Notes under the pieces: generated by a model
Seen by the model: only the letters and a program-made list of their open reading frames with translations
What the model was told of the DNA's origin: nothing
The model's database searches: none
Made by a program: the position numbers and the translations under genes
Source: Bryobacterales bacterium
GTDB lineage: Bacteria > Acidobacteriota > Terriglobia > Bryobacterales > UBA6623
NCBI GenBank assembly: GCA_965204095.1
Contig: OZ241991.1
Location: forward strand, 2,640,290 to 2,704,289
Reading direction: 5' to 3'
DNA length: 64,000 bases
Part shown: positions 1-7,813 of the stretch, piece by piece
How positions within the stretch are numbered: the stretch's first letter is position 1
Layout: every line of letters begins with the position of its first letter

Positions 1-50
1 CGAACGCTGGCAACACGGCCGCTAAGTCTTTCAAGAATCAGGACTTCCCA

Positions 51-151
51 GCCTTTCCCGTTCACCGGCCGTCAGACATTTCTCCTGGAGCGAACCAGAC
101 CCCCCAACCATGCTTTTCACGAAACACGAATCACGAAAGACGAATCACGGC
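51..151 (+). repeat. Module copy 1 (CCTTTCCCGYTCACCGGCCGTCAGRCATTTCTCCTGGAGCGAACCAG...CCATGSTTTTCAC plus heptads)
   Basis: Near-identical to 721-806 and 1182-1284 by direct comparison. Confidence 0.9.
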
Positions 152-215
152 TTTTTTTCTTTTCACGAGACACGAATCACGGCCTTTCCCGTGGCTCGTT
201 TGGTACCTGTTGGTA

Positions 216-238
216 CTGAAGCCCTTCAGTCTTTTTTT
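216..238 (+). terminator. Weak hairpin plus T-run (CTGAA-GCCC-TTCAG-TCTTTTTTT)
   Basis: 5-bp stem, 4-nt loop and a run of 7 T. A second small hairpin (GTACC-TGTT-GGTAC) lies just upstream at 203-216. Confidence 0.35.
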
Positions 239-510
239 CGGTCGGAGGCCGGTTTAGGTTGAAAGTGATGACGCCGTTGCTGGGAACGAATACCTCATCC
301 ACGCCCGTCGGGGACGTGCCGGCTGGAGACAACAAAGCCGCCCGATCCAAGGCCGCCAAGGTTTTCACGAAACACGAGACACGAATCACGGCTTTTTTTC
401 GAATCACGGACTTTGCGGCCGTTCGGTTCTCCGTGGGTGTGCGAGGGATGGCGCCACCAGAAACCTCCGTCCGGACCACTGCACCCACCGGCGAGTCACT
501 GTTTCCCGGT

Positions 511-555
511 TCGCCATTGTTCACTATTGTTCACTATTGTTCGCCATTGTTCGGC
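511..555 (+). repeat. 10-bp tandem repeat, about 4.5 units (TCRCYATTGT)
   Basis: tcgccattgt tcactattgt tcactattgt tcgccattgt tcggc read directly. Confidence 0.9.
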
Positions 556-617
556 AAAAAATATTGTCCTGCGCCAGTGCCCTCGCACCGCCCGGTCGCT
601 GCTTTCCTGCAAGTTGT

Positions 618-656
618 GGCGCGGCATGGGGCGGCTATGGCGCGGCATGGGCGGCC
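618..656 (+). repeat. 11-bp tandem repeat, about 3 units (GCGCGGCATGG-like)
   Basis: ggcgcggcatgg ggcggctatgg cgcggcatggg read directly. Confidence 0.8.
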
Positions 657-720
657 GCCGTCCCCCGCACCGGCAACACGGCCTGTATGGTTTTCACTAA
701 TCACGAGACCCGGCTCTTTC

Positions 721-806
721 GGCCTTTCCCGCTCACCGGCCGTCAGACATTTCTCCTGGAGCGAACCAGGCCCCCAACCATGGTTTTCACGAATCACGAA
801 TCACGG
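721..806 (+). repeat. Module copy 2
   Basis: Near-identical to 51-151 and 1182-1284. Confidence 0.9.
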
Positions 807-963
807 ACTTTACCACCGCCCCTTGACGACTTCGCTGCGAATCTCGACGGGGCCATTCCTCGATATTCTGGGTTTTTTGCCGCCGGATAATGAGTTTTTC
901 CCGCGTGATTCCGTGTTTATGCCTCCGGATTACGATTTTTTTCGAATCTTTACGGTTCTTCGG

Positions 964-1017
964 CCCCACAATTCTTCGGAATTCCCCACAATTCCTCGGA
1001 ATTCTTCGGATACCCAC
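964..1017 (+). repeat. 20-bp tandem repeat, 2 units plus a partial unit (CCCCACAATTCYTCGGAATT)
   Basis: Direct reading of 964-983 against 984-1003. Confidence 0.85.
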
Positions 1018-1181
1018 AAGCCGCTGTCCGCTGCCCGCGCTCCGTCCGCGCCGGCAAAACGGCTTTTCTGCTTTTCACGAACCACGCAACATGGTTTTCC
1101 CTGTCCCTGCGGCGACTCCAAGGAGAGCAACCACAAGCCCGGCCAACGGGTTTTTCTCGCATCACGAATCACGGCTTTTTC

Positions 1182-1284
1182 GGCCTTTCCCGCTCACCGG
1201 CCGTCAGGCATTTCTCCTGGAGCGAACCAGGCCCCCCCGACCATGGTTTTCACGAGACACGAGTCACGAGACACGAATCACGGC
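1182..1284 (+). repeat. Module copy 3
   Basis: Near-identical to 51-151 and 721-806, with a longer heptad tract. Confidence 0.9.
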
Positions 1285-1320
1285 TTTTACGCTCTTCACG
1301 AATCACAGCTTCCCTACCCA

Positions 1321-1360
1321 CGATTTCCCACCATTTCCCGGCATTTCCCACCATTTCCCG
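1321..1360 (+). repeat. 10-bp tandem repeat, 4 units (SSATTTCCCR)
   Basis: cgatttccca ccatttcccg gcatttccca ccatttcccg read directly. Confidence 0.85.
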
Positions 1361-1526
1361 GCCCCCCCACCCCCCTCCGCCGTTCTCGGTCGGCCTCACG
1401 GCGCGCGCCGTCAGCCGCCGCTCCCGCCGCCGACCGGCAAGCACGAAAGCGGATTGCCGCGAAAATATGACTCGAATGTCAACCTCGGAAAGCGAAGAAA
1501 ACAAGTATGGAGATATAATCGTCACC

Positions 1527-2879
1527 ATGAAGGATTGTGTCTTCGCCTTGCTGCTCCTCGTGCCGGCTCTCGGCGCCGCCGCCGACGTCAGCTACTACAA
1601 CGAAGTGCGGCCGGTGATCGAGCAGTCGTGCCAGGGCTGCCATCAGCCGGCGAACAAGATGGGCGGGCTTGACCTTACTTCCTACGCGGCCATCGCGGCG
1701 GGCGGCAACAAGGGACCCGCTTTCAACGCCGGCTCTGCCGGCGAGAGCCGCCTCGTCAAGCTGCTCACCGGCGCCGGCGAGCCGCGCATGCCCTTCGGAC
1801 AAGACCCTCTGCCCGAGAACGAGATCGACTTGTTCCGCAACTGGATCGACCAGGGAGCCGAAGACGATACGCCCGAGTCGGCGCGAGCGCCGCAGGTTCC
1901 GGCCGAACCGCCGAACTACATTCAACCGCCCGTCGTGACAGCCGCCGCTTATTCGCCGGACGGTGAACAGGTGGCCGTTGGCGGTTACCGCGAGATTCTC
2001 CTCCACAAAGCCGACGGCTCGAGCATTGAAGCCCGGCTTCTCGGCCGCTCCGACCGCATCCACTCCGTCGCTTTCACGCCCGACGGCAAACAGCTCGTCG
2101 CCGTGGGCGGAACACCGGCCCGCTTCGGCGAAGTACAGGTGTGGGATCTCGCCTCGAAGAAGCAGGTGCAGTCCGTCATGACGACCTCCGACACCCTCTT
2201 CGGCGGCGATGTCTCCCCCGATGGCAAGTACGTCGTGGTCGGCGGCGCTGACAACAGTCTTCGGGCGGTCGAGGTCAATTCGGGCAAGGAACTCTTCAAG
2301 GCGGGCCATCACGAGGACTGGGTGCTCGACGCTGTCTTCGGCATCGACGGCAAACGCATCGTATCGGTGGGCCGCGACCGGGCGGCCAAGCTCGCCAACA
2401 CCGAGGACGGCGCGTTCCTCGAGAACGTAAACCTGTTGCGCGACCAGCTTTTCGTCGTGGCGCGCCACCCGCGCCGCGATTACGTGCTGATCGGCGGCGT
2501 GGACCGCGTGCCGTACCTCTACATGATGGATCGCCCGCGGGCCCTGAAAATCGCCGACGATTCCACGCTCGTGCGCCAATTCGATGAGCAGGAAGGCGCG
2601 ATTTACGCCCTCGCTTTCAGTCCCGACGGCAGCCGCATCGCCGTGGGCGGTATCGCCGAGGTCGTGAACCTGTACGACACCGAGTCCGGCGACAGCACTG
2701 GGCGTTGCGCTCTCCCTGGCGGCGGGGCCTTCGTCCTGGCGTTTCGTCCGGACGGGAAGCAACTGCTCGCCGCGGGATTCGACGGACTCCTTCGCGTCTT
2801 TGACACGGAAACCGGCAAGCTTCTCAAGGAATGGACGGCGGTGCCGGTTGAGCAGGGACGGCTGAGGTCAGCGCGCTAG
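1527..2879 (+). CDS. Secreted c-type cytochrome domain (PSCyt1-like, CQGCH) fused to WD40 repeats
   Basis: ORF 1467..2879. Likely start is the Met at 1527 (MKDCVFALLLLVPALGAAA signal peptide). Shows YNEVRPVIEQSCQGCHQ...RMP...LFRNWIDQGA, then repeated SPDG/TPDG WD40-like blades. Confidence 0.85.
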   Translation: MKDCVFALLLLVPALGAAADVSYYNEVRPVIEQSCQGCHQPANKMGGLDLTSYAAIAAGGNKGPAFNAGSAGESRLVKLLTGAGEPRMPFGQDPLPENEIDLFRNWIDQGAEDDTPESARAPQVPAEPPNYIQPPVVTAAAYSPDGEQVAVGGYREILLHKADGSSIEARLLGRSDRIHSVAFTPDGKQLVAVGGTPARFGEVQVWDLASKKQVQSVMTTSDTLFGGDVSPDGKYVVVGGADNSLRAVEVNSGKELFKAGHHEDWVLDAVFGIDGKRIVSVGRDRAAKLANTEDGAFLENVNLLRDQLFVVARHPRRDYVLIGGVDRVPYLYMMDRPRALKIADDSTLVRQFDEQEGAIYALAFSPDGSRIAVGGIAEVVNLYDTESGDSTGRCALPGGGAFVLAFRPDGKQLLAAGFDGLLRVFDTETGKLLKEWTAVPVEQGRLRSAR

Positions 2880-2897
2880 ACGGGATAGAGAGAAGAG

Positions 2898-5300
2898 ATG
2901 CAACGCCGGCTCTTGACATGGTGGTTGGTTGCCGTTGCGGCCGCAACGGCGGCGGGACCTTCGCTCACTCGACTCGAACCCTGGGGCGCCCGGCGAGGAA
3001 CGGCGGTCACGCTCACGCTCGAGGGTTACGGCCTCAGCGGAGATCTCAAGATCGTCACCAACCTGCCGGGCGAACTCACCGAGTTGACTTCCGAGCGCCC
3101 GGGCCGTGAGTTGCCGCTGCTTCTCGAGTTGGCGAAAGATGCCCCCGTCGGCTCTTACCCCGTTCGCATCGCAACGAAGGCGGGCATTTCGAATGTCCTG
3201 CTCTTCACCGTGGGTCCCTTCCCGGAAGTGGAAGAAGCCGAGTCGGCGTCCATGCGTCGGATGTACTCGAACGACTCGACCGGTACGGCGGAGGAAATCA
3301 GCCTGCCGGCCACCGTCAACGGTACCCTGCGCGGCTCCGATCGCGACTGGTACCGCTTCGTGGGTGAGGCGGGCGGGAAGGTCGTCGTGGAAGTCGAAGC
3401 GCGCCGGGCGGGCTCGGCGGTAGACGCGGTCATCGAGGTTCGAGACAGCGGCGGCAACACGATCACCCGTAACAACGACGCCCTCGGAATCGGCGTCGAC
3501 CCGCGCGCCGAAGTCGACATCCCCGCGGACGGCGTGTTTTTCGTGCAAGTCCGCGACGCCCGCTTCAGCACCCAGAAGATGAACTTCTACCGCCTGCGCG
3601 CCGGGCGGTATTCGTATGCGGAAGCCGTCTTCCCCTTGGGCTGGAAGCGCGGCGAATCAATCGAGGTGCAGTTGCTTGGCGGCAACACGCAAAAGCCCGT
3701 GAAGGTCCGGCCCGACCTGTCAGCCGAAGCCACCGCATCGGGATTCGCCGACCTGCGCCTTCCTGATGAGAACGGGCCGCTCCCCCTGCGGATGGTCGTG
3801 GGAGACGACGACGAAATCTTCGAGCCCGAGGGCGAAGGACCCCACCGGCTCGACCCGGGCGTCATCGTCAACGGCCGCATCGATGCCGTCGGCGAGATCG
3901 ACCGCTATCGCATCAAGGTCGAACCGGGCCGGCAATGGATGATCGAAACGCAGGCCGCCGGCCTGGGAACATCGGCGCTCTATGGCCTGCTGACGCTCTA
4001 CGACGACAAAGGCCGGAAGCTCGCCTCGGCCGGCGACCAGGTTCCCGAGGAACCGCTGTCGTTCATTCGGTCGTCCGGGCAAACGTTCGGTGACCCGCAT
4101 CTGGGTTTTGAAGTCCCGGAGGGAGTCACCGAAGTCACCGTTACCTTGGAAGACCTGCTTGGCAGAGGAGGACCCGAGTATGGCTACCGCCTGGTCGCCC
4201 GCCAACAGCCGCCCGATTTCACCCTGACCCTCGGCACACCGCAGGTTACGATCCCCAAAGACGGCAGCGCCATCGTCAGCGCCAACGTTGACCGGCGCGG
4301 TTACCTGGGAGCCATCCGGCTCGAGGTCGACGGCCTGCCGGACGACGTCGAGCTGCAGGGCGGACACATCCCCGCCGAGGTCGGAGGCATGACTACCTCC
4401 CGAATCTCGCGCCAGGGCGTGCTTACCCTTACCCCGAAGCCCGGCGCCGAGGCAAAAGAGCTTGCTCTCACCGTGTGGGGCGAAGGTGTCCTCGAGGATG
4501 GCCGCACCGTTCGAGTCAAGGCGCGCGCGCCCGGCCTGCAAACCGGCGTCATGGGCCGCGGACAGAAAGTCGTCACCGCGCCCTGGTTGACAGCGCGGGT
4601 GCCGGCGAAAGTCGCCGAACCCGATGAGGCCGCCCTCCGTGTCCTCACGCCGCAGAAAGCCCGCCTGATCCAGGGTATGGAAACCGAGGTCCGTTGGCGG
4701 TTCGAAGGCGGAGGAGCGCCCATCGGCCGCATCAGCGTCGGCAACACGCCGCCGGTGGGCAACATTCGCGTCATCGGAACAGCCCGGGTCAAGCCAGGGG
4801 CGAGGCAGGGCCGTTTTACCGTGATCACGACGATGGGCACCCTGCCGATGACCTTCGACCTTCTACTCAGTTCCAGGGCGCGCATCGATGGCCGCGAACA
4901 GGTCGTCTACGCCCCGGCAATCACTTTCGATGTCGTTCAGGGCTATCGCATCGAAGCGCCGGAGCAAGTCACCGCCATCCCTCGTGGGGGAAGCGCGGCC
5001 ATTGTCGGCTCCTTCCACCGCGAGCCGGATTTCTCCTCGCCCGTCAGCGTCAAGGCCGACAACCTTCCTCTTGGAGTTTCCTGCTCGGCGGCGGAGATCG
5101 ACGGCGCCCCGGAATCGTACCGTCTGGAATGTGAAGCCGATCCCTCCACCGAGCCGGGAGAATACGAAATCGAGCTGGCGCCCGCGTCGGTGCTGGCCGG
5201 ACGCGACACCGAGTTGGTGCCCTACAAGATCGAACCTGTCATGACGGGCATCATGGTCACCGAAGCAGGAAAGATGGCGCGAGCGGAGTTACGTGAATAG
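2898..5300 (+). CDS. Secreted protein with pre-peptidase C-terminal (PPC)-like domain(s); paralog of 7814..10228
   Basis: Signal peptide. Shows GTLRGSDRDWYRF...VEVEARRAGSAVDAVIEVRD...NDD...FFVQVRD, a PPC-like pattern. Strong GC3 bias and tight spacing to neighbours. Confidence 0.75.
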   Translation: MQRRLLTWWLVAVAAATAAGPSLTRLEPWGARRGTAVTLTLEGYGLSGDLKIVTNLPGELTELTSERPGRELPLLLELAKDAPVGSYPVRIATKAGISNVLLFTVGPFPEVEEAESASMRRMYSNDSTGTAEEISLPATVNGTLRGSDRDWYRFVGEAGGKVVVEVEARRAGSAVDAVIEVRDSGGNTITRNNDALGIGVDPRAEVDIPADGVFFVQVRDARFSTQKMNFYRLRAGRYSYAEAVFPLGWKRGESIEVQLLGGNTQKPVKVRPDLSAEATASGFADLRLPDENGPLPLRMVVGDDDEIFEPEGEGPHRLDPGVIVNGRIDAVGEIDRYRIKVEPGRQWMIETQAAGLGTSALYGLLTLYDDKGRKLASAGDQVPEEPLSFIRSSGQTFGDPHLGFEVPEGVTEVTVTLEDLLGRGGPEYGYRLVARQQPPDFTLTLGTPQVTIPKDGSAIVSANVDRRGYLGAIRLEVDGLPDDVELQGGHIPAEVGGMTTSRISRQGVLTLTPKPGAEAKELALTVWGEGVLEDGRTVRVKARAPGLQTGVMGRGQKVVTAPWLTARVPAKVAEPDEAALRVLTPQKARLIQGMETEVRWRFEGGGAPIGRISVGNTPPVGNIRVIGTARVKPGARQGRFTVITTMGTLPMTFDLLLSSRARIDGREQVVYAPAITFDVVQGYRIEAPEQVTAIPRGGSAAIVGSFHREPDFSSPVSVKADNLPLGVSCSAAEIDGAPESYRLECEADPSTEPGEYEIELAPASVLAGRDTELVPYKIEPVMTGIMVTEAGKMARAELRE

Positions 5301-5303
5301 GAG

Positions 5304-7766
5304 TTGATGATGTCAGGGAAACGACTTTGGATTTCGGGTTCTTGCTTGTGGCTGATGACCGTCCTCGCGGTGAGCGGCGTTTGCGCCGGTCTGCAGCCTG
5401 CAAAGATCGTCATTACACCGTCCTCGCTCAGCCTCGACTCTTCCGAGCAGGGTCGGCGGGTCCTGGTGACGGGCGTCACGGCCGGCGGTGAAAAGTTCGA
5501 CCTGACCCGCGAAGCCCGCTTCGAACCCTCCGGCGGCGTTCGTGTCGACGACGACGGTTATCTGTATGGCCTCTCCCAGGGAGCGGCCACCATCAAGGTT
5601 TCAGCACGCGGCCGGTCGGTCGACCTGCCGGTCAACGTCGGCGACCTTTCCCAGAAGCGCGCCATCAGCTTCCTGAGCGACATCATGCCCGTGCTCAACA
5701 AGCAGGGCTGCACCGCCGGGGCCTGCCACGGGTCTGCCAAAGGCAAAAACGGCTTCAAGCTGTCGCTGCGCGGCTACGACCCCGAATTCGACTACCGCGC
5801 TCTTCTCTTCGACGTATCCGGCCGCCGTTTCAACCGCGCCGACCCGGCCCGCAGTCTGATGCTCGCCAAGCCCACCCAGGCCGTGCCGCACGAGGGCGGG
5901 CTCCGCATCGAGAAGGGCTCGCGCTACTACGACACCATTTTCAACTGGATCTCCGCCGGCACTCCGTTCGGCGACACGCAAGGAGACTCGGTCGCCAGTC
6001 TCGAAGTCACGCCGCCGGAAGTCTTCATGAGCCGCCCCGGCATGAAGCAGCAGATTCTCGTGGTCGCCACCTACGGTGATGGTTCCACCCGAGATGTCAC
6101 GCGCGAAGCCGTCGTCGCCAGTAGCCAGGACACCACGGCGAAGATCGTCGATGACTCCGTCGTCCAGGGCGAGCGCACCGGCGAGGCCACCCTGCTCGTT
6201 CGCTACGAAGGCAAGTTTGTGATCGTGCCGGTAACGATTCTCAATCCCGAGCCCGGTTTCGAGTGGAAACAGCTTTCGCGGCACAACTACATCGACGAGC
6301 ACATTGACGCAAAACTCGAACGCCTCAAGATCCAGCCTTCCGAAGTCGCCGGCGACAGCACCTTCGTCCGCCGTGTCTACCTCGACCTCATCGGCATCCC
6401 GCCCACGCCGGAGGAAGCCCGTGCCTTCATCGAAGACCCGGAGACGTCTCGCCTCAAGCGCATCCGCCTGATTGACGAGTTGATGAGGAGCAAGGAGTTT
6501 GTCGACCACTGGGCGCTCAAGTGGGGAGACCTGCTGCAGTCCAACCGCAAGTACCTCGGTGAGAAAGGCACCTGGGCGTTCCGCCAATGGATCCGTGATC
6601 AGATCGCGTCCAATCGCCCCTACGACCAGGTAGTGCGGGAGTTGATCACCTCCACCGGCAGCACCTACCAGAATCCGGCTGCGAACTTCTTCCGCGTCAA
6701 CAAGGATCCGAAAGAAGCGATGGAGAAAACGACGCAGCTCTTCCTGGGTGTGCGGATGGTCTGCGCGCAGTGCCACGATCACCCCTTCGAGCGCTGGACG
6801 CAGAATCAGTACTTTCAGCTTGCCGCCTTCTTTGCGTCCGTGGGAGTCAAGCCGGGCTTCGATAGCGACGAGGAAATCGTCTATCTCAAGCGCGACGACA
6901 ACACCGTCAAGCATCCCAAGACAGGGCGGATCGTCGAACCCGAGTATTTGATCGCCAGCGCCGGCGCGCCGCCCCTGAACTCCGAAGAGGATCGCCGCCT
7001 CGCCCTCGCCGAGTGGCTCACGTCGGATGAGAATCCGTTCTTCGCGCGCGCCATCACCAACCGTCTGTGGAGCTACTTCTTCGGACGCGGCATCATCGAT
7101 CCTGTCGACGACATTCGCGCCTCGAACCCGCCGGTGAACCCGGCGCTTCTCGAAGCTCTCGCCGCCGATTTCGTCAAGAACGGCTACGATCTGCAGCACG
7201 TGATCCGCACCATCGTGAACTCACGCACCTACCAGGCCGGTATCGCAGCCAACGAGTGGAACGAGAACGACGCGACGAACTTCTCGCGATTCCTGCCGCG
7301 CCGGCTGACGGCCGAGTCTCTGCTCGACGCGATCACCGTCGCGACCGGCTCTCGTCCGGAGTTCGATGAAGTTCCACCCGACTTCACTGCGCAAGAGCTG
7401 CCCGACCCGCACATCGGCAAGGGTGGTTTTCTCGACATGTTCGGCCGCCCCGAGCGGGAGTCGGCGTGCGAATGCGAACGCCGCAATGACATGAGTCTCC
7501 CGCAAGCGATGAGCCTCGTGAACGGACCGACGTTGGCGGAAGCGGTTGCCGATCCCGAGGGGCGGGTTGCCGCGGCCATCATCGCCGGGAAACCCGACCG
7601 CGAGCTGATCGAGGAACTGTACCTCGGCGCGCTCAGCCGCCTCCCGACGGCCGGTGAAATGGACAACGCCCTGACCTACTTGCGCCAGGGTTCCGGACGC
7701 GCCGCCGGAGCCCAGGATCTGCTGTGGGCGCTGATCAACAGCAACGCGTTTTTGTTCAATCGCTGA
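5304..7766 (+). CDS. DUF1549/DUF1553 (PSCyt2 + PSD1) protein with N-terminal Ig-like domain
   Basis: Signal peptide. Shows ...LSDIMPVLNKQGCTAGACHGSAKGKNGFKLSLRGYDP (PSCyt2-like) and CAQCHDHPFERWTQNQYFQLAAFF (PSD1/DUF1553-like). Confidence 0.9.
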   Translation: MMMSGKRLWISGSCLWLMTVLAVSGVCAGLQPAKIVITPSSLSLDSSEQGRRVLVTGVTAGGEKFDLTREARFEPSGGVRVDDDGYLYGLSQGAATIKVSARGRSVDLPVNVGDLSQKRAISFLSDIMPVLNKQGCTAGACHGSAKGKNGFKLSLRGYDPEFDYRALLFDVSGRRFNRADPARSLMLAKPTQAVPHEGGLRIEKGSRYYDTIFNWISAGTPFGDTQGDSVASLEVTPPEVFMSRPGMKQQILVVATYGDGSTRDVTREAVVASSQDTTAKIVDDSVVQGERTGEATLLVRYEGKFVIVPVTILNPEPGFEWKQLSRHNYIDEHIDAKLERLKIQPSEVAGDSTFVRRVYLDLIGIPPTPEEARAFIEDPETSRLKRIRLIDELMRSKEFVDHWALKWGDLLQSNRKYLGEKGTWAFRQWIRDQIASNRPYDQVVRELITSTGSTYQNPAANFFRVNKDPKEAMEKTTQLFLGVRMVCAQCHDHPFERWTQNQYFQLAAFFASVGVKPGFDSDEEIVYLKRDDNTVKHPKTGRIVEPEYLIASAGAPPLNSEEDRRLALAEWLTSDENPFFARAITNRLWSYFFGRGIIDPVDDIRASNPPVNPALLEALAADFVKNGYDLQHVIRTIVNSRTYQAGIAANEWNENDATNFSRFLPRRLTAESLLDAITVATGSRPEFDEVPPDFTAQELPDPHIGKGGFLDMFGRPERESACECERRNDMSLPQAMSLVNGPTLAEAVADPEGRVAAAIIAGKPDRELIEELYLGALSRLPTAGEMDNALTYLRQGSGRAAGAQDLLWALINSNAFLFNR

Positions 7767-7813
7767 GCGCGCCTGGACACGATGCTCCGCGCCCGAGATT
7801 CATGGGGGTTTGA

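Larger units (their letters stand above)
1..1466 (+). repeat. 1.47-kb non-coding mosaic of interspersed-repeat modules, heptad tracts and several short tandem repeats, upstream of the first operon
   Basis: Three ~90-100 bp module copies, many CACGARW heptad tracts, GGCAACACGGCC motifs and four unrelated short tandem repeats. The ORFs here (259..1470, 890..1672 and others) are low-complexity translations of the repeats. Confidence 0.85.

Noticed and set aside
1-1466. CRISPR array
   Set aside because: There is no regular repeat-spacer periodicity. The repeated units differ in length (7, 10, 11, 20 and about 95 bp), are directly tandem or irregularly spaced, and no cas genes are present.
177-1672. 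ORFs in the first 1.5 kb (for example 259..1470 at 403 aa, 890..1672 at 260 aa, 413..700, 537..890)
   Set aside because: They translate tandem and interspersed repeats into low-complexity strings that recur in different frames. They overlap one another and lack the GC3 bias of the real genes. I treat the region as non-coding.
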